Source of the DNA: a virus
Lineage: Duplodnaviria > Caudoviricetes
Strand: one strand, 5' to 3'
Length of the DNA: 53,266 bases
IMG/VR virus record: IMGVR_UViG_3300032307_000452
Location: 1 to 53,266 of that record
The notes under the pieces were generated by a model that was not told the DNA's origin, did no database searches, and saw nothing but the letters and a program-made list of their open reading frames with translations. Below, piece after piece: positions 45,845 to 53,266 of the stretch. The stretch's first letter is position 1. Each line of letters opens with the position of its first letter. The translations under genes were made by a program, and so were the position numbers.

Positions 45845-47880
45845 TATTTTGCCCTCCCTTTTATGTCTGAATCAGGAAACTTAATTTCAAAAACGGAAGG
45901 GTCTAATGATGGATATACCACTTTATTTTTAGTTGCCGCTTCTATATTATATGAATTTGGAGAATATTGTCCTCCGCATTTATTTACAATTTGAACCATA
46001 GGAACTGATGATACACCTTCTACATTTGCCAATAACAATTCAACTTCACTTAAGTTAATTGTTTGATTAAATGACCAGTTATCTATATTAAAATAATTTT
46101 TTAAATCCAAAATACAATTTGTTATCACTTCCGATTTGTTATAATTTTCATAACATACAATTTCAAAATTAACTCCTATGTTTATTATAAATCCATCGGA
46201 AAAATTCACACCATCGGTAAGGATTTTATATTCATTTAAATATGTTCTTAAATTTTCTTTAACAGCTCTATTAATTTGAGTTAATCTACCAGTACCATCT
46301 AATCCTAACATATATAAATTTATAGCAAATGGATTATTTTTCTCATATTCATTAGTTGTTTTTCCAACTAAAAAGCTTGTAATTGAATTTGATATTGTTG
46401 CTGTACTTGGTTTGGCATCTTCTGGTGTATTAACAAAATCCAAAACCAAATCCGTAAATTCTTGCAATGCCTTTGGTGATGCTAATATTGATGATGGTGA
46501 ATTGTTATCCAACTTACCATCCGCTGTAGCAAAACATTTAGAAACAGACCCATATTTACTTGGCATTGATAGAGCTCTTATTTGATAATCTTTTGTAGTT
46601 ACCGCTCTATTTTGTGCACCAAAATTTGCTAATGCGTTTTGTCTAATTTCTTCAATTGTTTCCGAACCACGTCCACCAGTTGCTGGCATTTCATTTGTAA
46701 CTGCTACTGAATTTTTTAAGCTATTATATGTTCCTATTTGAGATGCATTTAAATCCCCATAATCATCATCATATACAATAGATGTTATTCTTGTCAATTG
46801 TCCAGCTTCTACATTAGAAAGTACACCACCCCCAACGTAATATTTAACAGTAATTGTTGTATTCGATGGAGATGTCCCATAAGTTTTTGTTTTTAAAAAA
46901 TTAGTAGGGTCAAATGATTCTTCCAATCTACCAATGGAATTCGGCAATCCCAATCCTACATTTTTAAGATTTGGTATTAATTGTTCATCTGAAGCGGATG
47001 GGTCCCCTGCTCCAAACTGAATTGTAGTAGTTAAATCAGAATTTACTTTTGCAACAAATCTTTTTGATGTTTTTAAAGTTTTTAAAATATAAGGTACACT
47101 ATCTTTAAATTGTACAAGATCTGGGTCATTTAATTCAGTATTTGGATAATCCAAAAATACCATTTCTTGCGCCAAATATGGTACTTCATAATATTTGTTT
47201 CCATTAGAATCTCTTACATCGTATATTTGTATAATATTGGTATCTGGTAAATTTATAGTTTGAAATGGTGTATATGACCCAAATTCAAAAGTAGCTTCTT
47301 CGATTGTAGCTGATATTACATCTACATATTTTTTAATAAGGTATAAAGTTGGGTCACCTGTGTTAGCATCTCTTTGATATACCGTAACTACTCTATCGGT
47401 TGTATCTGCAAAATCCACTATATCAGTAGTTATGAATTTGATAGAATCATTTTGAGATTCTATTTCCATCCCCTGTCTTATTCTAAGTAAATACCTAGCA
47501 TCCAATATATTTGATATACCACTTCCAATTGCTGGTACTATTTGGTAAACTGACAATTTTGTTGTAGATGGTGCTGTTACTTTTGGTTTGTATCCTAAAA
47601 AATGAGATAAAGCAACTACGTTTTCTAAATCTTCTGCAGTTGTTATTAGTGACTCTTTAAATGTATCATCCACATAATAAGAAAGTACATCCCCTATATA
47701 AGATGCCATTTCGATGAACATCATACCTGGCGAAGCTTCTGTAAAATCTGTATTTGTTTTTGGAAAATACGTTTTTGCAAATTCAATAAGATTATCTTTA
47801 AAAGCTGTAAAATCTTTATTAAGATATTTTATATCCTTTCCTTTATTTCTAAATGTTTTATTTATAGGTGTTAAACTCAT
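45844..47880 (-). CDS. gp6: Baseplate wedge subunit (T4 gp6 / baseplate J family)
   Basis: YLNKDFTAFKDNL...ASPGMMFIEMASYIGDVLSYYVD...LGYKP...IQFGAG...ATGGRGSETIEEIR...AQNRAVTTKDY. Confidence 0.92.
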   Translation of the reverse strand: MSLTPINKTFRNKGKDIKYLNKDFTAFKDNLIEFAKTYFPKTNTDFTEASPGMMFIEMASYIGDVLSYYVDDTFKESLITTAEDLENVVALSHFLGYKPKVTAPSTTKLSVYQIVPAIGSGISNILDARYLLRIRQGMEIESQNDSIKFITTDIVDFADTTDRVVTVYQRDANTGDPTLYLIKKYVDVISATIEEATFEFGSYTPFQTINLPDTNIIQIYDVRDSNGNKYYEVPYLAQEMVFLDYPNTELNDPDLVQFKDSVPYILKTLKTSKRFVAKVNSDLTTTIQFGAGDPSASDEQLIPNLKNVGLGLPNSIGRLEESFDPTNFLKTKTYGTSPSNTTITVKYYVGGGVLSNVEAGQLTRITSIVYDDDYGDLNASQIGTYNSLKNSVAVTNEMPATGGRGSETIEEIRQNALANFGAQNRAVTTKDYQIRALSMPSKYGSVSKCFATADGKLDNNSPSSILASPKALQEFTDLVLDFVNTPEDAKPSTATISNSITSFLVGKTTNEYEKNNPFAINLYMLGLDGTGRLTQINRAVKENLRTYLNEYKILTDGVNFSDGFIINIGVNFEIVCYENYNKSEVITNCILDLKNYFNIDNWSFNQTINLSEVELLLANVEGVSSVPMVQIVNKCGGQYSPNSYNIEAATKNKVVYPSLDPSVFEIKFPDSDIKGRAK

Positions 47881-47881
47881 A

Positions 47882-48319
47882 TTATGGTGCTATTTGTTGT
47901 ACGTTAAATGATACCAACCCAGAATTACCAGTACTTCTACTTCTAAATTTCAATGATATGTTTACCGAATTTTTATCTTTATTTTCATTACTCATATCAA
48001 CATTAATTTCATCAATACTTACATTTGGTATATATCTTTCAACAGATTTTGTTATTATATCTTGAATTTTGTCTTCAAATTCATCAGTAATTGGTTCGAA
48101 TAATACAGTTTCTACTCCGGCACCAAAAAATGGATTCATTAATCGTTCTCCTCTTTTTGTTAATAATAGATTTTTTATATTAGTTTTAAGTTGTTCTATT
48201 TCCGTATAATTTTGCTTAAAAGCAACATTACTTATTTGGATTGGCAATGCCAATCCAACTGCGTAATCTTCATATTCTTTTGTTTCTATTATAGGTTTTT
48301 TTCCTAATATAATTGCCAT
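47882..48319 (-). CDS. gp25: Baseplate wedge subunit gp25/GPW family
   Basis: NIKNLLLTKRGERLMNPFFG...LFEP...YIPNV. Confidence 0.93.
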   Translation of the reverse strand: MAIILGKKPIIETKEYEDYAVGLALPIQISNVAFKQNYTEIEQLKTNIKNLLLTKRGERLMNPFFGAGVETVLFEPITDEFEDKIQDIITKSVERYIPNVSIDEINVDMSNENKDKNSVNISLKFRSRSTGNSGLVSFNVQQIAP

Positions 48320-48816
48320 TACTTCTTAAATCTTTTTACTAATTCGGAATAATCTCTGTTAAAAGCCTTATCCAATTCAGCTACTCCGGTATTTACACCC
48401 AATCCAGTTGGTTGAGGTCCTTTTGCTAAATCACCATAACCCATTTTTTCAGCAATTGCCGTTCTACCCACTATTGAACCCATATCACCTTGCCCAAAAC
48501 TCATAGTTCTAAATCCACCATCACCTTGAGGTATGCCACCACGCGTTTCATTAAGGATTTGGTTAATCATTGGGTTTTTACTAAATTGCTTTTGAGGAGC
48601 TGTATTTGTAGATGCCGATTCTTCAATGATATCATCATCTAGCATAGCCTTAGCCATTGATAATCCAGTAGTTTTTGGTTTAGTAGGTTGTTTACCCTCT
48701 GCTAACATTTTTTTCATCTCAGCCTTCACACCTTCCTTAATTAAAGCAGGTAATTGTTCTTTAAGTTCCTCTTTAATAAGAATCTGAATGGCTTTTAATA
48801 ATTTGTCCGTATTCAT
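48319..48816 (-). CDS. Hypothetical protein
   Basis: Full ORF coupled to gp25. Contains FSKNPMINQILNET and RDYSELVK. Confidence 0.7.
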   Translation of the reverse strand: MNTDKLLKAIQILIKEELKEQLPALIKEGVKAEMKKMLAEGKQPTKPKTTGLSMAKAMLDDDIIEESASTNTAPQKQFSKNPMINQILNETRGGIPQGDGGFRTMSFGQGDMGSIVGRTAIAEKMGYGDLAKGPQPTGLGVNTGVAELDKAFNRDYSELVKRFKK

Positions 48817-48837
48817 ACTTTATTATTTGTTATGTTT

Positions 48838-48845
48838 ATAAATAT
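48838..48845 (-). promoter_or_regulatory. Putative late promoter core ATATTTAT
   Basis: Recurrent intergenic octamer, upstream of the baseplate operon. Confidence 0.55.
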
Positions 48846-48866
48846 TTGAATTGTTATTTTTGAAAA

Positions 48867-49883
48867 TTATGCAGAAAACAAAGAAGCTTCTTCATTTCTT
48901 CTTCTTTGTAAACCAGCACGATATTTTTCTGGGGTTACTGGTCCAGCTTGTATTTGTGCTACAGCTGAACTTAAATTTCCTGCTTTAAGAGCCGTTGCTA
49001 TACCTACTCTCAAACTACCAACATTATAAACATAACTTATTAATGCAGCTTTTTGTCTATCATTTAAAGAGTTAAAAGTTGCTTCTGGTATTTGATAATC
49101 GGCGTTTCCTACTAATCTATTTTTAAATGTTGTACTAACTTCATATTGCAGCATCTTAAGGGCTGCTTCAACAGTAGTTGTATCACCATTAGCTGGTACT
49201 TTTTCACCAGTTTGTTTATAATATGATTTGTCAGGTAATACTTTGCGTACTTTACCATCACTTCCAATAATGTTTTCAGTACCAAACCCTAATCGATATG
49301 CGTTCACATCCCAAGTTGCTCTTTCCGTAAATCCTTCATTTTTTCCTATAAATTTAGCAGCTATTGTAATCCAATCAGCGCTTAAATCTAAATCTCCCAA
49401 ATCTACACTTACTGCTCCACTAAAACCAGACGAAAATCCACCACTTCCACCACCTTTGAATCCAGTTACAAATGGTTTACCTTGATTGAATTTAATTTCA
49501 CCTGTTTGTATATCTGATTCCTCTATATCTAATACAGAAAAATCACCTTCTTCTTCTATTTTTTTATCTATTTCTTCTTCAGTAGTTCCAGTTTGAATAT
49601 TTTCTTCTTGTGTTGGTCTTGCTGAGTTATGGTCTTCTACATCCTCTTTTGGTTTAAAATCATCTTGAGTTACTATTGTACTTTTAGTTGATGGTGAAAT
49701 AAAATATCCTTTCCAATTTATAATACCAGGTCCAGGTACTTGAATTGGTGATGGTGGAGGCCCTGCTGCATATAAAGATACAGTAGATATAACACCTTCC
49801 ACACTATTCAAATGATTGGTTGCGTATGATATAAATTCATCTACGATTAAACCTGTGTTATTTGTTGGATTTATTGCTGCCAT
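48867..49883 (-). CDS. GH24 lysozyme with N-terminal structural domain
   Basis: IGKNEGF...WDVNAYRLGFGT...LNDRQKAALISYVYNVG...GLQRRRNEEASLF. Confidence 0.88.
   Translation of the reverse strand: MAAINPTNNTGLIVDEFISYATNHLNSVEGVISTVSLYAAGPPPSPIQVPGPGIINWKGYFISPSTKSTIVTQDDFKPKEDVEDHNSARPTQEENIQTGTTEEEIDKKIEEEGDFSVLDIEESDIQTGEIKFNQGKPFVTGFKGGGSGGFSSGFSGAVSVDLGDLDLSADWITIAAKFIGKNEGFTERATWDVNAYRLGFGTENIIGSDGKVRKVLPDKSYYKQTGEKVPANGDTTTVEAALKMLQYEVSTTFKNRLVGNADYQIPEATFNSLNDRQKAALISYVYNVGSLRVGIATALKAGNLSSAVAQIQAGPVTPEKYRAGLQRRRNEEASLFSA
49462..49545. repeat. 84-bp direct repeat, copy A (copy B at 50513-50596)
   Basis: 78 of 84 nt identical by hand alignment. Encodes DFSVLDIEESDIQTG(E/Q)IKFNQGKPFVTG. 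Confidence 0.9.
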
Positions 49884-49887
49884 ATTA

Positions 49888-51345
49888 TTAAATTCTTACT
49901 ATCGCTTGAACACATGCCATATTTTTAATACAATGTGATTTTATTCCTCCACTTTTATTACCATCAACACCCCACCAAAATCCTCCATCTATTTTCCAAA
50001 ATATTCCTATATGATTTGATGCACCATCATTATCACCCTGCCAATCATAAATTATAGCATCTCCAGGTTTAGGTACATAGTTTTTATTTTCAGGAGCTGT
50101 CATATCTACATATCTGCCTGAATCAATTGCCCATAATGTCCATTGAGGTACACCAGGCCAATAAAAATGTCTTGCTGTGGTTGATAATTTTCCTTTATAA
50201 TTAGGGCTAAATTTAAGTACGTTTTCAACATCAAATCCAGCTTCAGCCCACCAAGTTGTAACCGTACACGCACACCAAGCAAATCCAGTACCACCACCCC
50301 ATTTTCCATTTCCAAATGCCTGTATTGCTTCTATACGAGGATGTCCCCTATCTAGTCCAACTTCTTTTACATTCTGAGAAGCGTCATATAATGCAATTTC
50401 TACAACTCTTTCACCTATTGTAGCATTACCACTAAAATTGTTAAATGGTACATAAGGTGCACCTGAATAGGAGCCTCCTCCTCCACCCCCACCACCTTCA
50501 TCACCTCTAAACCCAGTTACAAATGGTTTACCTTGGTTGAATTTAATTTGTCCAGTTTGTATATCTGATTCTTCGATATCTAATACAGAAAAATCATCAT
50601 CAGATACAGGGGTAGTTGAAACAGGGGTAGTTGGGGTAGTTGAAACAGGAGTAGTTAGGGTAGTTGAAACAGGGGTAGTTGGGGTAGTTGAAACAGGGGT
50701 AGTTGGAGTTGTCGATATTGATACACCAGGAACCCTACCTAATATTGCATCTGCAACAGGAACTTCTGTATTATAATCTTTATTTTCATCTAATATACCT
50801 GTAAATTTATTTATTGCATCCAACGATGTTGTTGCAAGTAATTCTTTACCATCTGCGATAAATTGATTATATTGCTCTATTTGTTTTTCTAATCTTTCTT
50901 GATATTCTATTCTTTTTTCAGGAGTTAATTCTTCTGAAACATCCACATTGGGAGATGATGTTGGTTGTTGCCAAATTCCAGGATTTGTAACTATATTTTG
51001 TGTTACACTTAAATTTACAGTTGCTTGTATAGCAGGTGTGATTGGTAATGGTGCAGTTGCCATTGTTGCACCAGACCAATATGCTTTAACACCAGCACCC
51101 ATTTCTCCAACTAAATCGTATGGAGTTGGAGAATTCACTCCTTTTTGTAAAGCAGAAATAAATAATTGTTTCATCATTTCTACATTTCCACTTACTAATG
51201 GTATTTTATGTTGTGTATCAAATCCTCTCTTTACCGCTGCATCGTATTCTTTTGCATACAATTCAGCAATAACATTTATATCCGAAATTCCTTCTGGATT
51301 ATTTGCTACTCTTAATATATTTTGTTTGAATGTTTCCCAAGACAT
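49888..51345 (-). CDS. CHAP-domain peptidoglycan hydrolase with N-terminal structural domain and Thr/Pro linker
   Basis: AWCACTVTTWW...PKPGDAIIYDW...NHIGIF...VDGN (Cys/His dyad). Confidence 0.85.
   Translation of the reverse strand: MSWETFKQNILRVANNPEGISDINVIAELYAKEYDAAVKRGFDTQHKIPLVSGNVEMMKQLFISALQKGVNSPTPYDLVGEMGAGVKAYWSGATMATAPLPITPAIQATVNLSVTQNIVTNPGIWQQPTSSPNVDVSEELTPEKRIEYQERLEKQIEQYNQFIADGKELLATTSLDAINKFTGILDENKDYNTEVPVADAILGRVPGVSISTTPTTPVSTTPTTPVSTTLTTPVSTTPTTPVSTTPVSDDDFSVLDIEESDIQTGQIKFNQGKPFVTGFRGDEGGGGGGGGSYSGAPYVPFNNFSGNATIGERVVEIALYDASQNVKEVGLDRGHPRIEAIQAFGNGKWGGGTGFAWCACTVTTWWAEAGFDVENVLKFSPNYKGKLSTTARHFYWPGVPQWTLWAIDSGRYVDMTAPENKNYVPKPGDAIIYDWQGDNDGASNHIGIFWKIDGGFWWGVDGNKSGGIKSHCIKNMACVQAIVRI
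50513..50596. repeat. 84-bp direct repeat, copy B
   Basis: See copy A at 49462-49545. Confidence 0.9.
50606..50714. repeat. 24-bp coding tandem repeat (STTPTTPV, about 4.5 copies)
   Basis: Plus-strand unit ACAGGGGTAGTTGGGGTAGTTGAA with minor variants. Confidence 0.9.
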
Positions 51346-51346
51346 T

Positions 51347-51895
51347 TTATAAACTTGATAATTTACTTATACGAGAATCTATTGCATCTTTTTCATATTT
51401 CAATAATTCAGCATCTGATGCGCTTCTACTTTCAGGTCCTGTGCGGACTATCCTTTCACCATATTTTGAAAAAAATTGTACAAAAGGGCCTTGTTGTTTT
51501 TTAAAGATTTGGTATCCTTTATAAGTTTCTACTAAAACAGGTTCAGGTGGAGCTGGTTTAGGAGCTGGTGTTGTTACTGGAGCTGCTTTTCCAAACTCAA
51601 ATTTCTTTTCTTCTTTTTGGAACGCTTTTGGCTCTGGTGGAGTTTTTGGTTTAAACTTTTTAAGTTCTTTAAATGCTGGCTTTTTTGGAAATTTTGGTAA
51701 ATCCGGAATACCTAAAGAATCTTTAAGTCCTTTTAATAATGCGGCCGCATCTCCTTTTAAATCTGAAAAAGCTGCTGCAAGTTTTCCAGCTGCCGCATTA
51801 GCTTGACCTTCGGCGGCATTTGCGGCTCCCTTTGCTGCTGCTTTTCCTTCTTCCGCTTTACCAGCCGCTACTCTTTTATCTGTATTATCTATCAT
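51347..51895 (-). CDS. Ala/Lys/Pro-rich hypothetical protein
   Basis: Full ORF translationally coupled to the gp5-like gene. Confidence 0.7.
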   Translation of the reverse strand: MIDNTDKRVAAGKAEEGKAAAKGAANAAEGQANAAAGKLAAAFSDLKGDAAALLKGLKDSLGIPDLPKFPKKPAFKELKKFKPKTPPEPKAFQKEEKKFEFGKAAPVTTPAPKPAPPEPVLVETYKGYQIFKKQQGPFVQFFSKYGERIVRTGPESRSASDAELLKYEKDAIDSRISKLSSL

Positions 51896-53130
51896 TAGGC
51901 TGTTTGATTTAATTTACTAAGTATATCATTTAGTTTCGAGTGTATCTTTCCAAAATCAGGTTTGTTTTTAGGTCCTATTGCGGTTGGTCCCGATGGTGTT
52001 AGAAATTGCATATCACCAATAGCTTGTATTAACTCACTTAGGATTTCAACTAACTTTTGTCCTTTAACTAGCGGTTCTAAATCCTTACTACCTAAAAATA
52101 CAGAACCATTTCCAGAAAATATTTGAAAATCTCTATCATTTGTTACAAAACTAATATTATCATTTACACTAACATTCATACCAAGTCTTGTATCTATTGA
52201 AAATTGCTCATCCGATATAAACCCAACATTTCCCTTTGAATAAAACATCATCTCCGCATTTTTAGATGATAATATTATTCTTCCGGAATTTATTAAAATT
52301 TGGTCACCTTTTAATTTATCAGGATAAGGTTTAAAGGATTTTGGTTGAGTTTGAAAGTTAGTACTTCCTTTATCATCTATAACTCCAGGAATGAAAGGTA
52401 AAATATATTCACCAGAACTTAATACTATCGTTGAACCGTCTCTGTTTATATCTTCGTTAATACTACCAGATGATGCAGGTGTTATTTGTGTTAGCGGAGA
52501 CTCGTTATTTCTGATTATTAAATTTGGAGAAAATATACGTTGTGGGTTATTATAAGCTGAAAATCTGATACTCTGTCCGAATCTAGATTCAATTAAAGTA
52601 TCACCTTCATTAAGAGTTAATTTATGTATATTTACAGGTCTAAAATATGAACCATATCCATCGGTAACTGTTGATGATTTACCTTCTTCGTTACTTCTTG
52701 GAGTTTGTGTTTTTTCTACCTTATCATAGTGTTGGGCTTTATTTTGTTCAGGTATGTGAGGAGCCTCTTTATTTATTCTACCAAACTTTTTTGAAATAGT
52801 ATCATACGCTCCACTTAAATTTTTATTACCAGCAACATCCGATTCTATTCGTTTGTATGTAATATTCATTCCATCTTTATATATTGCAACTATTTCATTT
52901 TTTACAGGCAAATCTATAAAGTTTTTTTCAAAGGGATATGCAATTGGTAAAGCATTATCCGATACAACTAATGATGCATCTGTTCCAGAAATCATTCTAT
53001 AAGTAATGGCTCCAATATCACTTGCTGTTTTATATTTTGGATGAGTACTATTCAATATCACACTATAAACAACTGCATTGGCTGATTCTATGCTTGTTCC
53101 CGATTGTTGTGTTGATTCAAATTTAGGCAT
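51895..53130 (-). CDS. Baseplate hub/central spike protein (gp5/gpV-like)
   Basis: OB-fold-like N-terminus (LPVKNEIV), EGDTLIESRFGQSIRFS, beta-helical GDQILINSGRIILSSK, C-terminal EPLVKGQKL...TPSGPT. Confidence 0.7.
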   Translation of the reverse strand: MPKFESTQQSGTSIESANAVVYSVILNSTHPKYKTASDIGAITYRMISGTDASLVVSDNALPIAYPFEKNFIDLPVKNEIVAIYKDGMNITYKRIESDVAGNKNLSGAYDTISKKFGRINKEAPHIPEQNKAQHYDKVEKTQTPRSNEEGKSSTVTDGYGSYFRPVNIHKLTLNEGDTLIESRFGQSIRFSAYNNPQRIFSPNLIIRNNESPLTQITPASSGSINEDINRDGSTIVLSSGEYILPFIPGVIDDKGSTNFQTQPKSFKPYPDKLKGDQILINSGRIILSSKNAEMMFYSKGNVGFISDEQFSIDTRLGMNVSVNDNISFVTNDRDFQIFSGNGSVFLGSKDLEPLVKGQKLVEILSELIQAIGDMQFLTPSGPTAIGPKNKPDFGKIHSKLNDILSKLNQTA

Positions 53131-53131
53131 A

Positions 53132-53266
53132 TTACTTCATTTTCTTTTTTAAATCCTCCAACTCAAATTCCAAATCATCTACTCTCTCAACTTCTTGCTT
53201 AGTTTCTTCTAATTCTTTAAGTAATTGATTCTTTTCAAATTCAGTAAGGAATCCATCTTGTCCTTC
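53132..53266 (-). CDS. C-terminal fragment of a coiled-coil protein (start outside window)
   Basis: Hand translation EGQDGFLTEFEKNQLLKELEETKQEVERVDDLEFELEDLKKKMK*. Confidence 0.75.
   Translation of the reverse strand, partial: EGQDGFLTEFEKNQLLKELEETKQEVERVDDLEFELEDLKKKMK

Noticed and set aside
2320-48845. T4 late promoters TATAAATA driving plus-strand transcription
   Set aside because: The plus-strand ATAAATA copies sit just upstream of minus-strand starts with no plus-strand genes to serve, so the coding-strand reading ATATTTAT is preferred.
49462-50596. 84-bp repeat pair as the template/variable repeats of a diversity-generating retroelement
   Set aside because: Differences are not adenine-specific and are mostly silent, both copies are mid-gene, and there is no reverse transcriptase in the window.
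50606-50714. Possible CRISPR array
   Set aside because: Repeats are contiguous with no unique spacers, are in frame within a CDS, and no cas genes are present.
369-51524. Numerous plus-strand ORFs of 60-213 aa in the ORF track
   Set aside because: All lie antisense to well-supported minus-strand genes and read as shadow translations (Ser/Leu/Phe-rich, no motifs). Only the sub-threshold 29117..29290 occupies a true gap.
45844-53130. Bacterial T6SS or extracellular contractile injection system
   Set aside because: Baseplate genes are on the same contig as capsid, portal, terminase and primase, so this is a phage.
1-53266. Stop-codon reassignment as in some Bacteroidota jumbo phages
   Set aside because: Genes are full length and densely packed under the standard code, and TAG terminates genes at 33410 and 34292.
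1-53266. tRNA or rRNA genes
   Set aside because: No intergenic gap shows a cloverleaf with T-loop/D-loop consensus. The one unexplained long gap (2175-2366) does not fit a tRNA by eye.

Overview
AT-rich segment of a large T4-like (myovirus/jumbo-type) phage genome. Almost every gene is on the minus strand. In transcription order (right to left) the window holds: a gp5-like baseplate hub/spike; CHAP and GH24 lysozyme proteins; gp25, gp6 and further baseplate/virion proteins; a short replication island (GIY-YIG protein, primase, single-chain Mre11-Rad50/gp47-gp46); a 2447-aa tail fibre with a peptidase-S74 chaperone; a glycosylation cassette; a 1093-aa nucleotidyltransferase/ligase-like protein; terminase, portal, probable internal head proteins and prohead protease; a moron-like methyltransferase insert; scaffold; and the 5' part of the gp23 major capsid gene. 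TTG-N20-TAnnTTTG promoters point to a Bacteroidota host (inference). The most notable observation is a phage-encoded NDP-heptose pathway (split HldE kinase plus adenylyltransferase) coupled to an Aah/TibC-family (BAHT) protein O-heptosyltransferase and a GT4-methyltransferase-GT25 fusion, lying directly downstream of the tail fibre. Exterior virion proteins are strongly enriched in an [S/T]-[G/A/S/Q]-S tripeptide. Together these suggest a virion-surface heptosylation system. Other observations: an unannotated plus-strand ribbon-helix-helix regulator with its operator, a second putative late promoter motif (ATA[T/C]TTAT), terminator-promoter hybrid hairpins and a structured scaffold/capsid leader. 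All family calls come from motif recognition by eye, not database searches.
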